Positions 9,156 to 18,821 of a DNA stretch of 50,503 nucleotides are shown piece after piece. Origin of the DNA: a bacterium. GTDB taxonomy: Bacteria > Patescibacteriota > JACMRA01. Made by a program: the position numbers and the translations under genes. Below the pieces are notes generated by a model, which was given only the letters and a program-made list of their open reading frames with translations, was not told the DNA's origin and made no database searches. Within the stretch, counting starts at the first letter, position 1. Every line of letters begins with the position of its first letter. The stretch is taken from NCBI GenBank assembly GCA_043764315.1, contig JAYUKQ010000071.1, forward strand, positions 1-50,503, read 5' to 3'.

Positions 9156-11564
9156 TCAGTATTTTTTACGTATAACAAAATAGTAATACGAACCACCACC
9201 GACAATACCAATTCCCAATAAAGCCATGTAAAGTCTAAAGTCTAAAAATATATTTGTGCTGGCTACAATGTCAGAGTCTGTTTTGAATAATGTTAAACTA
9301 CTATTTTTTGATAACTTGGGTTTGTTGTCAGCTAAAGCTACTTTTGAATCAGTATCATCGGAAGTTGTATTAAGTGGTGTATTCTTACTTGAAGAGGACA
9401 TTGTATTGTCACTATCTATAGAAGATTTGGTGGTGGAACTAATAGATTTAATCGAAGATGATTGGATTTCTACATCTTTACTTTTAGTTTCAGTTAATAT
9501 ACTTTTTACAGAACTTGCAGAGTTAATTTCAGAACCAAAAATAGATGAATTGTTCAACTTAGTATCATTTGCAATTAATCGTGTATTAGAAATTGCAGAA
9601 CGAATCGGTGTAGGTTTGTCTTGGATAAATTTGTTAATGTTGCGTCTACTTTGATCGACCAAAAAGGCAATACTATCAGATTGAGTAGCGTTTGGAACTA
9701 CATTAGAGTTAAATGTCAAGGTTGTAATACTTGGAGCAATTTGAGGAGGAGTTGGAAGAGGGGTTTGAGGTGTTAGAGATGAAAGTGGAACTTGACTAGA
9801 AGACGTTGCTACTTGTCCATATGTAAGTGTATTTATACCTAGTAGTTGACTATTATTTGAAGCGATAGAACTAGAGATTAAACTAGAGTAGGAGTTGGAA
9901 GAGGAACTTGAACTAATATTTGATTTTGAACTAGAACTGCTGGAAATTAAAGACGAACTAGAGGTTGAACTAGAGCTGCTGCTTGAAGTTAAACTTGAAG
10001 TTAAACTAGAAGATGAGGAGGAGCTGGAAGAAGAGCTGGAACTACTACTGCTTGAACTTGAAAATGAACTACTGCTTGAGTTTGAACTAGAACTGCTGGA
10101 ACTGGAAGAGGAGGAGTTTTGATTAACACTAATTGGATTAGTTGGGTTATTTTGATTCCATGCAATTACCATCTGTTGAAAATTACGAGGAACTTGCGAC
10201 ACAAAATAAGTTACACCATCAAAAGAATAAGCTACCTGAAAATTTTGCAAAGAGGAAAAGTTCGTTGGATCTATTACCATATCACTACAATCAATAACTC
10301 CGTTATTCAAAGGACAACCACTGTGATCCGATGCAAGTTTGTAATCCCCCAATGTCTGGATATCAACTATTTGTGAATATATAGTATTATTTAGATTAGT
10401 ATTATTAGGTTGAGTGGTGTTAAGATTACACTTTATTACAACATCTGAATTAGGTTTTTTGATTACAGCACAAGATTCTGATTGTAAATTAGTTAAATTA
10501 AGTTCATTAGTTTGATATATAAATGGAAAATTAGTTGGTTTGACAGTATAACCAGAAGCACCACCAAAAAGATTTAGAATTTTTTGAACTTGTTTTCTAT
10601 TAACCATTCCCAAAATTGGCATCCCAGTATCGTTCATTATAGAGGTAATACTTGATTTGACTTGACCTTTGTTCTGATCGCTGGTACAACCTGTACCTAC
10701 AGTATAATTAGTTTGTAGATTACTAGAAGGAGTCAAACTGTACCCATTTAGGTTACGATAATTCAACACTTCAGAATAAAATGGATCCAACTGACCAATA
10801 GAATCACCCCACCATCTTGTTGCCATTGATTGATTAATAGCACAATTACTTTTCACCATAGTGACATATTTACTGTTAGGTTCTACATATTCATCACCAA
10901 GAGCAAAAGCAGCGTGTAATAATTCGTGAGTCAAGATTTGTGGCGCATTGGGTCTTAGCGAGCCGTTAGCTTCTAACCAGTAAAATTGCTGAACAGAACC
11001 AGATTCATAGTATTTTGGATTTTTAGTATCAAAATTTTCAATAATTACAGCTGGATAAGCATACGATCTAAGACCTGGATTGTCGCGTACATCCAAAAAA
11101 ATTGGAACTGGATATTGCAAATAAAATGGATTAACTTGAGTTATTTGACTCATAAAACTAGATCTGTCTGCTCTAGAAATTGAATCTTGATAATACCAAA
11201 CATTAAACTTTTGCTTGTTAGTTTTGAATGGTTCTGTGGCAAAAAGTCCATAATATCCTGCAACTGGAAGACCATCTTCTTGTAATATATCTCTTAGTAA
11301 AGATAATCTATCTATATTCGTTGGCGTATTAGCCGAAAAAGCAAACACCAAATTGATTCTATCTGCGGTTCGTGAATTAAGTTGACTAGAATACAACGGT
11401 TGCAATTTGTTAGAATCTATTGTATAGGAAGAAACCCAAATACCTTTGAAAGCAAAGGGAACTAGTAAACTAGCCAAAACTAGCCAAATTTTTATGTGCA
11501 AACTAAAGTGAAATGTGATTAACTGCTTCCAATCTGTTTTTTTGGAATTTAATCTAAAGAGCAT
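9156..11564 (-). CDS. surface-anchored putative zinc metallopeptidase (M64/IgA-peptidase-like HExxH..GDEY) with long poly-Ser tract
   Basis: N-terminal signal/anchor, then THELLHAAFALGDEY (HExxH followed by a GDEY-type third ligand region, as in family M64). This is followed by an approximately 80-residue Ser run, an S/T-rich tail and a C-terminal TM helix plus RKKY. Confidence 0.6.
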   Translation of the reverse strand: MLFRLNSKKTDWKQLITFHFSLHIKIWLVLASLLVPFAFKGIWVSSYTIDSNKLQPLYSSQLNSRTADRINLVFAFSANTPTNIDRLSLLRDILQEDGLPVAGYYGLFATEPFKTNKQKFNVWYYQDSISRADRSSFMSQITQVNPFYLQYPVPIFLDVRDNPGLRSYAYPAVIIENFDTKNPKYYESGSVQQFYWLEANGSLRPNAPQILTHELLHAAFALGDEYVEPNSKYVTMVKSNCAINQSMATRWWGDSIGQLDPFYSEVLNYRNLNGYSLTPSSNLQTNYTVGTGCTSDQNKGQVKSSITSIMNDTGMPILGMVNRKQVQKILNLFGGASGYTVKPTNFPFIYQTNELNLTNLQSESCAVIKKPNSDVVIKCNLNTTQPNNTNLNNTIYSQIVDIQTLGDYKLASDHSGCPLNNGVIDCSDMVIDPTNFSSLQNFQVAYSFDGVTYFVSQVPRNFQQMVIAWNQNNPTNPISVNQNSSSSSSSSSSSNSSSSSFSSSSSSSSSSSSSSSSSSSLTSSLTSSSSSSSTSSSSLISSSSSSKSNISSSSSSNSYSSLISSSIASNNSQLLGINTLTYGQVATSSSQVPLSSLTPQTPLPTPPQIAPSITTLTFNSNVVPNATQSDSIAFLVDQSRRNINKFIQDKPTPIRSAISNTRLIANDTKLNNSSIFGSEINSASSVKSILTETKSKDVEIQSSSIKSISSTTKSSIDSDNTMSSSSKNTPLNTTSDDTDSKVALADNKPKLSKNSSLTLFKTDSDIVASTNIFLDFRLYMALLGIGIVGGGSYYYFVIRKKY
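9862..10115. repeat. low-complexity Ser-codon tract (degenerate AGC/TCN repeats)
   Basis: About 250 bp of imperfect gaa/cta/gag/ctg triplet iterations on the plus strand encode poly-Ser on the minus strand. The tract also creates the spurious antisense Glu/Leu ORF 9895..10122. Confidence 0.8.
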
Positions 11565-11695
11565 AGCTGTATTTTTGTATTTGTATTTTTAATTTTTGTA
11601 TGTAAACTATTATACAACACCTTACTTTTTTTGTCCAAAAATAAAACCCTCAAGATTAATTGAGAGTGATTGAATTATGAGAATCCAATACAATA

Positions 11696-12325
11696 CTAAA
11701 GATAAGAGTAGATTTTGACTTTTTGACCTTGATTACGATAACTCTCTAAAGTTTCGTACAAGTAATTAGAATGAGCTATTCGCATGTTACTACAACCATG
11801 ACTTCCACCAGCTGTTAATTCGGCATTACCGTAGAATTCTGAACTGTATCTCCAAGGTGCACCATGAAAACCAAAAGCATTTCTTCCTGTGTATTCACCA
11901 TAGTCGCCTGTAGAAGTATCGGTCATGTACGGCATCCAGTTAGGAGTCAAAAGATCTTTATAACCAGCTTCTGGCCAACTAAGCTTGATAGACCTACGCA
12001 TCAAGGCATAATCAAAAGTGAATTGACCAACTGGAGTATAGAATGATCTTTGTTCAGCTCTTCCATTAACCTTGTTTTGTACTGTATGAATACCAGCTTT
12101 AGCAGTTATAATGGGGAAAACTGTATCAACTTGGCAACCAACAAGAAGCAAAGCTTGGGTCAAAGGTTTTTCTCGGCTGATTTGATATACTAAAGTTGGA
12201 TATGTTTTGGATAGTTCGCAAGCTTGGGTAGGAACGGTGTATGATTCCGCTCTAGTTGCCAAATTACTATTAAAAATAAAAGTAAGGTTTAGTGTGACTA
12301 AGATTAATTTGGTTACTAGGTTCAT
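11696..12325 (-). CDS. L,D-transpeptidase (YkuD family)
   Basis: Signal peptide. GFHGAPW ... GGSHGCSNMRIAHSNYLY matches the YkuD catalytic H..(S/T)HGC.R motif. Confidence 0.8.
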   Translation of the reverse strand: MNLVTKLILVTLNLTFIFNSNLATRAESYTVPTQACELSKTYPTLVYQISREKPLTQALLLVGCQVDTVFPIITAKAGIHTVQNKVNGRAEQRSFYTPVGQFTFDYALMRRSIKLSWPEAGYKDLLTPNWMPYMTDTSTGDYGEYTGRNAFGFHGAPWRYSSEFYGNAELTAGGSHGCSNMRIAHSNYLYETLESYRNQGQKVKIYSYL

Positions 12326-12367
12326 GGGTATTAAAATGTCTAAGGATTTGTATATAAAACTATCTTG

Positions 12368-12396
12368 AGTATAATATTTTTTTTACTGCTTGTCAA
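12368..12396 (-). promoter_or_regulatory. sigma70-type promoter for the L,D-transpeptidase gene
   Basis: The minus strand reads TTGACA-17 nt-TATACT. Confidence 0.5.
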
Positions 12397-12417
12397 AGGT
12401 TTTTTGGAGCTAGCAAA

Positions 12418-12999
12418 TTAACTATTTAAAATCTTGTCTACAATTCCATACTTAACAGATTCATCAGCTGTAAGCCAATTATCTCTATCCATGTCTTTGG
12501 CAATTTTTTTGATATCTTGACCAGTTCTTTCAGCCATAAATTTGTGAATTTTGTCTTTGGTGTGAAGGATGTGTTTGGCACGTATTTCAATATCACTAGC
12601 CATTCCACTTGCACCACCACTTGGTTGATGAATCATAACTTCTGCATTGGGTAGAATATACCTTTTACCTTTAGTGCCAGCTGCCAGAGCCATAGAACCA
12701 CAGCTAGCTGCCATTCCAATACAGATTGTAGACACGTCGCATTTGATCAAATTCATTGTATCGACAATAGACCACATAGAGTGAACCACACCTCCAGGAG
12801 AATTAATATACATTGTGATATCTTTGGTGGAATCTTCAGATTGCAAGTACAGAAGTTGAGCTACAATGGAAGCTGCCATATCATCATTAAAATCATCTGT
12901 TAACATAATTATTCTTTCATCTAATAGTCTAGAAAATAAATCCATTGATCTTTCTCCTTCAAAGGATCTTTTAATTACCATTGGTACTAAATTGGGCAT
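12418..12999 (-). CDS. clpP: ATP-dependent Clp protease proteolytic subunit
   Basis: The alignment by eye begins at [26 protein letters not shown]. Catalytic Ser context GMAASCGS and His context MIHQP are present. ATG 12999 is preferred over TTG 13095, and a TTGACA box lies 35 nt upstream of 12999. Confidence 0.93.
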   Translation of the reverse strand: MPNLVPMVIKRSFEGERSMDLFSRLLDERIIMLTDDFNDDMAASIVAQLLYLQSEDSTKDITMYINSPGGVVHSMWSIVDTMNLIKCDVSTICIGMAASCGSMALAAGTKGKRYILPNAEVMIHQPSGGASGMASDIEIRAKHILHTKDKIHKFMAERTGQDIKKIAKDMDRDNWLTADESVKYGIVDKILNS

Positions 13000-13158
13000 A
13001 ATTAGAGGTTTGGATAAGGTAAGTTTTTTGTCAATATTTTGAGGGAGTAATACTTTTATTCTATTGTCTTGTGTTTGTGTGTAAAATTCGACCAAAAAAA
13101 TAAAATCGAACTTAGGATAATTAATCTTAATTTTTCGATTTGTTATTGTTAGTAATTG

Positions 13159-13244
13159 TGGCGGAAGCGGTAGGATTCGAACCCACGGACCGTTAAGTCG
13201 TTTGTTTTCAAGACAAATGCACTAGACCACTATGCGACGCTTCC
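13159..13244 (-). tRNA. tRNA-Ser (anticodon TGA)
   Basis: Acceptor GGAAGCG/CGCTTCC, anticodon loop CTTGAAA (UGA), long variable arm (class II), T-loop GGTTCGAATCC and encoded CCA. Confidence 0.9.
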
Positions 13245-13339
13245 AACTGTTACATGCAATTATATGCAAACAATTCTAATTGTTATAAAGAACAACTCTC
13301 TTGTCAAGTAAAAGCAAATTACAAACTGACCAAAAATGT

Positions 13340-14149
13340 CTATTTTAATCTGATACTATCAGCAGCAAGGTAATTCACAGAGTAACGTACATCAAGTGAT
13401 TTGGCAGTTCTGTTTTTGGATTTGGGGTAACGAATTTTGACTTCTCTGTTTTCATTAGGTAGAAAACCACTAATTTTGTAGTCTTGAGCGCCGATTATAC
13501 TATCTTGACCGTCTCGTATTAACATCACCAAATCAACATTTTTAATAAAATATCTAGTGGTGTTTTTGATTGTTGTCTTTAGGTTCAAATTATCTTTATC
13601 AGCATTTTCTATATTCTGTTCTCTAACTTCCAATTCTACGGGTTTGAGCAATTCATTAGCGGCGGAATTGTACTCAACTGGATTGGTATCTTCCAATTTT
13701 TGAATTGACATAGAAACAGCATTAGCGTCTCTTGTATAGACTGAAATATATTTGGCTTCACCTGGCAAAAGATAAGTCGATTTGACTTCGTCACTAATAG
13801 CTTCTCCCTGCTGATTGATAAGTTGTAACTTGTAAACAAAAGGATCGTAACCAATTATGCGGTTTTGACGATTGTCCAAAAAAGAATAAACCAATCTTCT
13901 ACCATCAGCCAAATCAACGAACTCGGAACTTTGTAAGTTAACTTGTTGTTCAGAAAACTGTTTTGAGTTAAGTATATTTTTTGAGTCAAAGCGGTTACTC
14001 CAGCCAAGGTTGTAAAACCACCATTTGGAAATTTGATTACCAAGTAAATACACAGGAAAAGCCAAAACAACCGAAACACCTAGAACTATCAAAACCCATT
14101 TTCTAACTCCACTTTGCAAATCTAGTGCAATATCTTCTACTCGTGACAT
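13340..14149 (-). CDS. hypothetical membrane-anchored protein
   Basis: 269-aa ORF with one N-terminal TM helix (WVLIVLGVSVVLAFPVYLLG). No recognisable domain. Confidence 0.6.
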   Translation of the reverse strand: MSRVEDIALDLQSGVRKWVLIVLGVSVVLAFPVYLLGNQISKWWFYNLGWSNRFDSKNILNSKQFSEQQVNLQSSEFVDLADGRRLVYSFLDNRQNRIIGYDPFVYKLQLINQQGEAISDEVKSTYLLPGEAKYISVYTRDANAVSMSIQKLEDTNPVEYNSAANELLKPVELEVREQNIENADKDNLNLKTTIKNTTRYFIKNVDLVMLIRDGQDSIIGAQDYKISGFLPNENREVKIRYPKSKNRTAKSLDVRYSVNYLAADSIRLK

Positions 14150-14170
14150 ATTGTTGGTGTATAATTAATT

Positions 14171-15310
14171 TTATTTTTTTACAAAGCTTGAACCAGCTTC
14201 TGTTACAGTTATGCTGTGAGGCATGGATTCTATGAACCCAGCTGAAGTAATTTGGACATATTTAGCTTTGGCTTGAAACTCACTGATAGTCTTACCTCCA
14301 ATGTAATAACAACTTGATTTTAGAGCGCCGCTAATTTGGTGCAAAAAATTTACTACATCACCTTTGTAACCAACTAATGCTTCCACACCTTCCGACACTA
14401 ATTTGGCAGATTCGATACCCGATTGACCGTAGCGAGCAGCCGAGCCTTCGCTCATAGCTTTAGCACTTCCCATACCTCGATAAACTTTGTACTGTTTGTT
14501 ATCTACTTCTTTGATATCTCCAGGTGATTGTTCGTATCCAGCTAGAAGTGAACCAAGCATAACAGCATCAGCTCCAAATGCAATAGCTTTTGCCATATCT
14601 CCAAGTTGCTTAATTCCACCATCAGCAATTAGAGTTATTTTTTTGCCAGATTGAATAATACCTTCTTTAACCAAAGCAATTGCCGTTAATTGTGGAACTC
14701 CCATTCCAGTAACTATGCGAGTTGTACAAATACTTCCAGGACCCATTCCAACCCGAAGAACGTCAGCTCCAACTTCTATAAGTGCCAAAGCAGCTTCTGT
14801 AGTTGTAATATTACCAGCCATAATTGAAACGTTTGGTGTCCACGCTTTGATTGATTTGATTGCGTCAAGAACAAACTGAACATGACCATGTGCCGTGTCA
14901 ACCACCAACAGATCAACACCTGCATTAACCAAACCCCTAACCCTTTCTTCAAAATCAGTTCCTACACCAACTGCTCCAGCTACAAGTAACCTACCTTGTG
15001 AGTCAGTAGCGGATCTATCATTAGTAATAGCTAGTTTGGTTTGTTTGACCATTTCTATTTGTTGACTAACTGACATAGATCTATGTATAACACCTAAACC
15101 GCCATTTTGGGCTAAAGTAATAGCCATTTGAGCAGTGGTAACTGAATCCATTGGGCTTGATAGAACTGGTAGTTTTAGTTTTAGGGTTGGAGTTAGTTCT
15201 ACAGACAGATCAACTTCTTCCCTCCAAAAATTAGAAAACCCAGGTAAAAGTAAAATATCATCAAAAGTAAGACCTAGTGTACCGCAGTTTTTTTGTTCCA
15301 ATAAAGACAT
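14171..15310 (-). CDS. guaB: IMP dehydrogenase lacking the CBS (Bateman) subdomain
   Basis: [12 protein letters not shown], the [11 protein letters not shown] catalytic Cys loop, [10 protein letters not shown] and [11 protein letters not shown] motifs are present. At 379 aa, a short linker replaces the CBS pair. Confidence 0.9.
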   Translation of the reverse strand: MSLLEQKNCGTLGLTFDDILLLPGFSNFWREEVDLSVELTPTLKLKLPVLSSPMDSVTTAQMAITLAQNGGLGVIHRSMSVSQQIEMVKQTKLAITNDRSATDSQGRLLVAGAVGVGTDFEERVRGLVNAGVDLLVVDTAHGHVQFVLDAIKSIKAWTPNVSIMAGNITTTEAALALIEVGADVLRVGMGPGSICTTRIVTGMGVPQLTAIALVKEGIIQSGKKITLIADGGIKQLGDMAKAIAFGADAVMLGSLLAGYEQSPGDIKEVDNKQYKVYRGMGSAKAMSEGSAARYGQSGIESAKLVSEGVEALVGYKGDVVNFLHQISGALKSSCYYIGGKTISEFQAKAKYVQITSAGFIESMPHSITVTEAGSSFVKK

Positions 15311-15432
15311 AGTGTTTCAAAAGTCGCAGACAAAAAATGGTATGTCAAGTGTACATAAACCAAATATAAACTAAAACTAAAAGTGTTTTGGATTTACAAC
15401 GGAGCCTATCTATGTTATACTAAGTCAATACT

Positions 15433-16884
15433 ATGATACCCAAAAAACAAAAGATAAACTGGGGGAAAAACTACTTTAGATTCGAAAGCTTACTCCTGAT
15501 TGCTAACATTTTTTGTATTGTGTTTTTTTGTTGGCAAATGTTTAGTCCCATTTGGTTTGGTGGTAATTGGAATCTATTAACCTTATTTTTGAGTTTATTT
15601 TGGGCAATAGGTGGGCAATTCATGATTGGAGTCGAAACCAGAGGAATGCTTGATGATGCCATGGCTAGTAAAGCTGTGAGTTTTTTTTATAGACAACCGA
15701 TTAACAAATATACTTTTTTGAAGCTAACGGTGCCAAAAGAATCTTCCTATAGTCTGGATAATCTAAAAGAATTTTTTTATTACATACATTCAGCTCAACA
15801 GTTTAGTGATTTTAGTAGTGAAAAAAGATTAAACTACGGAATTGGTAGTTATGAAGCTTGCTTTGACATTGTAATAACTCAATACGATGTAGAAGTCTAT
15901 ATGGCATTTTCTACACTCAATATTAACTATCACCAAAAAAGTTTTGAGTATTATCTAAAAGATATTAAATATGAATTAAGTGACAATCCTTACCAATCAC
16001 TACCAAAAAACTGGTACGACAAAGATGGTGCAGGCGGATACGAATGTTTGGCTGGTATGGCTCTTGGTTACACTATGAGTAATATGTATCATTCAGCCCA
16101 AATCGATTTGGAACAGGATTCTAACTTCCCAATTGACAACATGATTGAACAAATTCAAAAACAACTACAAAGTCAAACAGTTTACTTACAATATGTTTTT
16201 AACTTCGAAAATAGTCGATTACACGACTCAATCAGACCATCGATCAAAAAATTAAGACAAAGTATATATGACAGATTCTCTCTTAAGTTGATCAAACCAA
16301 ATAACAACAAAGAAGTTCTTGAAATACTTTTGCCAGAAATAGAGAAAAAACGCCTCGGTAGTATGGAAAAACGCATCAAAGAAAGTAGTGAACTTATATC
16401 TTCAACCATCAAAGTAATGGCACTATGCACAGCTAAAGAATATTCTGAAACTGAAAAAATCCTTGAAAAAGCACTAAAAGGCAATCATCGCAAAACTAGA
16501 AAAGAAGAAAATGAAATAGAGATTATATATTACACAGCTACTAACCAGAGATATTTTAATCTTTCACAAAAGCCCTCACCTTTTAGTATTCCTTACATGA
16601 ATAGTCTATACTATTTTCCACCAAGATGGCTAGAACCATTTGTTTCTAATCTGTACGATAATATTTTTTATTATAACGAAAATCGCTGGAGGCGGCAAGT
16701 AATATATAGAAGAATTCTAAGTAGGTCAGGTCAGTCTCCATGGCAAAACAAAAATACTATATTAGATCTTAACACTCTGGTAAGCGTTTTTCAAATTCCC
16801 AAAACTGGCACTCGAAATGAGTTAAAAAAAGGAAGTCTACACGACTTAAATTTACTAAGAGATATAGAAGCAGTTCAAGAATAA
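15433..16884 (+). CDS. membrane protein, paralog A, resembling the N-terminal non-ATPase module of CPR T4SS coupling-protein/DUF87-type ATPases
   Basis: Two N-terminal TM helices, then FLKLTVPKESS, EACFDIVITQYDVEVYMAF, YLQYVF and a terminal ILDLNTLVSVFQIP. There is no Walker A. It is clearly paralogous to the next ORF. Confidence 0.6.
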   Translation: MIPKKQKINWGKNYFRFESLLLIANIFCIVFFCWQMFSPIWFGGNWNLLTLFLSLFWAIGGQFMIGVETRGMLDDAMASKAVSFFYRQPINKYTFLKLTVPKESSYSLDNLKEFFYYIHSAQQFSDFSSEKRLNYGIGSYEACFDIVITQYDVEVYMAFSTLNINYHQKSFEYYLKDIKYELSDNPYQSLPKNWYDKDGAGGYECLAGMALGYTMSNMYHSAQIDLEQDSNFPIDNMIEQIQKQLQSQTVYLQYVFNFENSRLHDSIRPSIKKLRQSIYDRFSLKLIKPNNNKEVLEILLPEIEKKRLGSMEKRIKESSELISSTIKVMALCTAKEYSETEKILEKALKGNHRKTRKEENEIEIIYYTATNQRYFNLSQKPSPFSIPYMNSLYYFPPRWLEPFVSNLYDNIFYYNENRWRRQVIYRRILSRSGQSPWQNKNTILDLNTLVSVFQIPKTGTRNELKKGSLHDLNLLRDIEAVQE

Positions 16885-16894
16885 TCACTCCAAA

Positions 16895-18259
16895 ATGTCA
16901 AAATTCAACCCTTATCGATACTACCTAAACAAGGAAAAAATATCTTGGAAAAAAGCTTTTTGGACGATAGTTGTAGTTTTGAGTGTTGCTTTTTTGTTTT
17001 GGATTTTGGGTGTAACTTGGTTATATCAATTCCAGTTTGGTAATATGTGGCAAAAGCTTGTATGGAATTTAGTTCTAATTTGGGTAGTTGGTGGAGTATA
17101 TTTTGTGCTAGTCAAATACACCGAACAGTGGGACGAATCACTTATAGATATACAAAATGGCAAATACTTCACTTCCAAATTTCACACTCGTGAGACTTAT
17201 CAGTTAATTATCCCTGAAGATCAATCCAAACCAATTAATTACAGCGAGTTTTTTATATCGCTTAGTCACTCACTAAAAACTGTGAACGCAACCAAAGAAA
17301 ATGATTTTAATATAGGCAAAAAACCATTATCACTGTTCTTTGACTTCATCGCTGAAAATCGTAAACTCAAAATTTATGTAACAGCTTCAGGCTCCAAAAT
17401 CCGCGGTATAACAGATGCTATGACTAGACATTGTCCAGATATAAGATTAGAAAGAGTTCCTGATCCTCTTAAGTATCTAAAAGATGATTTTAAAGCTGGA
17501 AAGTTAGACTTGGATAATATAGCTGGTTTTGCACTTACTCTGAATCAATCTAATATGTTTCCATTTGGGCTAATTGAAGATGCTGCACATGAACAAGAGT
17601 CAATTAAGACACTTCTACAAGGTATTATTGATTCCAGTGCCAACAAAATGATCACACTGCAATATGGTTTTTTGTTTAGTGATGGTCATCCTCAAGACAA
17701 ATACCAAAAAGAATTTGATGAATATATGTCCAGTTTAACGGAGCAATACAACGCAAAATTTGAAAATAAAAGTAAAAGTGTAAAAAGATTATTCCCCGAA
17801 TCCAAAATCAATGACTACAATGGAGTGTACAAACGACTGAATAGTATTTGGTTCATGGCAGCTATGAGAACTATATGTTATGACACTTCAGGCGCAGACA
17901 ATCAACAAAGAATGGAGAGCATGTTTACATCATTTTTGAGAAATCCCAAATCACCTCTGGATATTAATTATCTAACCTCAACTAGACAAACTTACTATAA
18001 GTTCACTAAAGACAGTAGGCACCCAGAAGCTGACGAAATATACGACAATCTTGTTTTTCCACCTGAAGGTGTTTTGGAAACTTGGATAGCTCCAATGTAT
18101 GAAAAATATTATTATCCACAAGAAAGTAGACTGCGAAAAGGAACAATGCTTAGATCAATCTACCTTCGTAATCCAATGCAACCTTGGCATCCCAAATTCA
18201 CTTGGATGGACACTAATGTTATTAAGTGCTATTTTTGTCTCCAAGATAAATTCAAATAA
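16895..18259 (+). CDS. membrane protein, paralog B of the preceding gene
   Basis: Same architecture (2 TM helices plus a soluble domain). C-terminal conserved blocks are shared with paralog A: FPP..LE...Y..YY..E.R.R......R....PW. No nucleotide-binding motif. Confidence 0.6.
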   Translation: MSKFNPYRYYLNKEKISWKKAFWTIVVVLSVAFLFWILGVTWLYQFQFGNMWQKLVWNLVLIWVVGGVYFVLVKYTEQWDESLIDIQNGKYFTSKFHTRETYQLIIPEDQSKPINYSEFFISLSHSLKTVNATKENDFNIGKKPLSLFFDFIAENRKLKIYVTASGSKIRGITDAMTRHCPDIRLERVPDPLKYLKDDFKAGKLDLDNIAGFALTLNQSNMFPFGLIEDAAHEQESIKTLLQGIIDSSANKMITLQYGFLFSDGHPQDKYQKEFDEYMSSLTEQYNAKFENKSKSVKRLFPESKINDYNGVYKRLNSIWFMAAMRTICYDTSGADNQQRMESMFTSFLRNPKSPLDINYLTSTRQTYYKFTKDSRHPEADEIYDNLVFPPEGVLETWIAPMYEKYYYPQESRLRKGTMLRSIYLRNPMQPWHPKFTWMDTNVIKCYFCLQDKFK

Positions 18260-18281
18260 ATCCACTTGGGGAAAGTTATTG

Positions 18282-18821
18282 TTATCGCTTAGGAATATCC
18301 AGAATCTCGAAAGAATCTAAGACTTCACCTTGTTCGCCATATTTGACTTGGTATTTGCCTTTGGCTAGATTCTTGACCTCGCAACCAATCATAAAGTCTG
18401 ACTCTGCCTTGGGGTTATTAGGAATACCTCTAGCTTTGATTATAATTTGGTTATCTTTGAGCTGACAGTCTAATTCTTGAATTTTAATGGATTTTATTGA
18501 ATTTGCACTGTGGTATGCAAATGGGTTTTTTGACATATAAGGTTCAATAACTTTCAAATCTAGGTTATTGTTCAATATACCACCCAAAACTACTACATTT
18601 ATTTTATTTTCATAATAGTTATTAACTAAATTAACTTTTGTTTTGAAACTACTAAAATTACTTTTGTCCAAAGATAAACGGTATTGGTTCAAGTTATTTT
18701 GATAATTACTATAGTTAAATGAATTGATAAGATTAAATATATATAGCGACACTCCTATAGCTAACAAAATTACAATAACTGTAAAGCTTACAATGATAAT
18801 TTTAATTTTACCACTGAGCAT
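18282..18821 (-). CDS. hypothetical N-terminally anchored protein (overlaps the upstream gene by 14 nt)
   Basis: 179-aa ORF with one TM helix (IIIVSFTVIVILLAIGVSLYIF). It is translationally coupled to the ricin-lectin gene. Confidence 0.6.
   Translation of the reverse strand: MLSGKIKIIIVSFTVIVILLAIGVSLYIFNLINSFNYSNYQNNLNQYRLSLDKSNFSSFKTKVNLVNNYYENKINVVVLGGILNNNLDLKVIEPYMSKNPFAYHSANSIKSIKIQELDCQLKDNQIIIKARGIPNNPKAESDFMIGCEVKNLAKGKYQVKYGEQGEVLDSFEILDIPKR

Noticed and set aside
9256-10376. Plus-strand ORFs 9256..9654, 9895..10122 (Glu/Leu-rich) and 10119..10376
   Set aside because: They are antisense to the 802-aa metallopeptidase gene. The E/L-rich translation is simply the complement of the poly-Ser codon tract, and there is no independent coding evidence.
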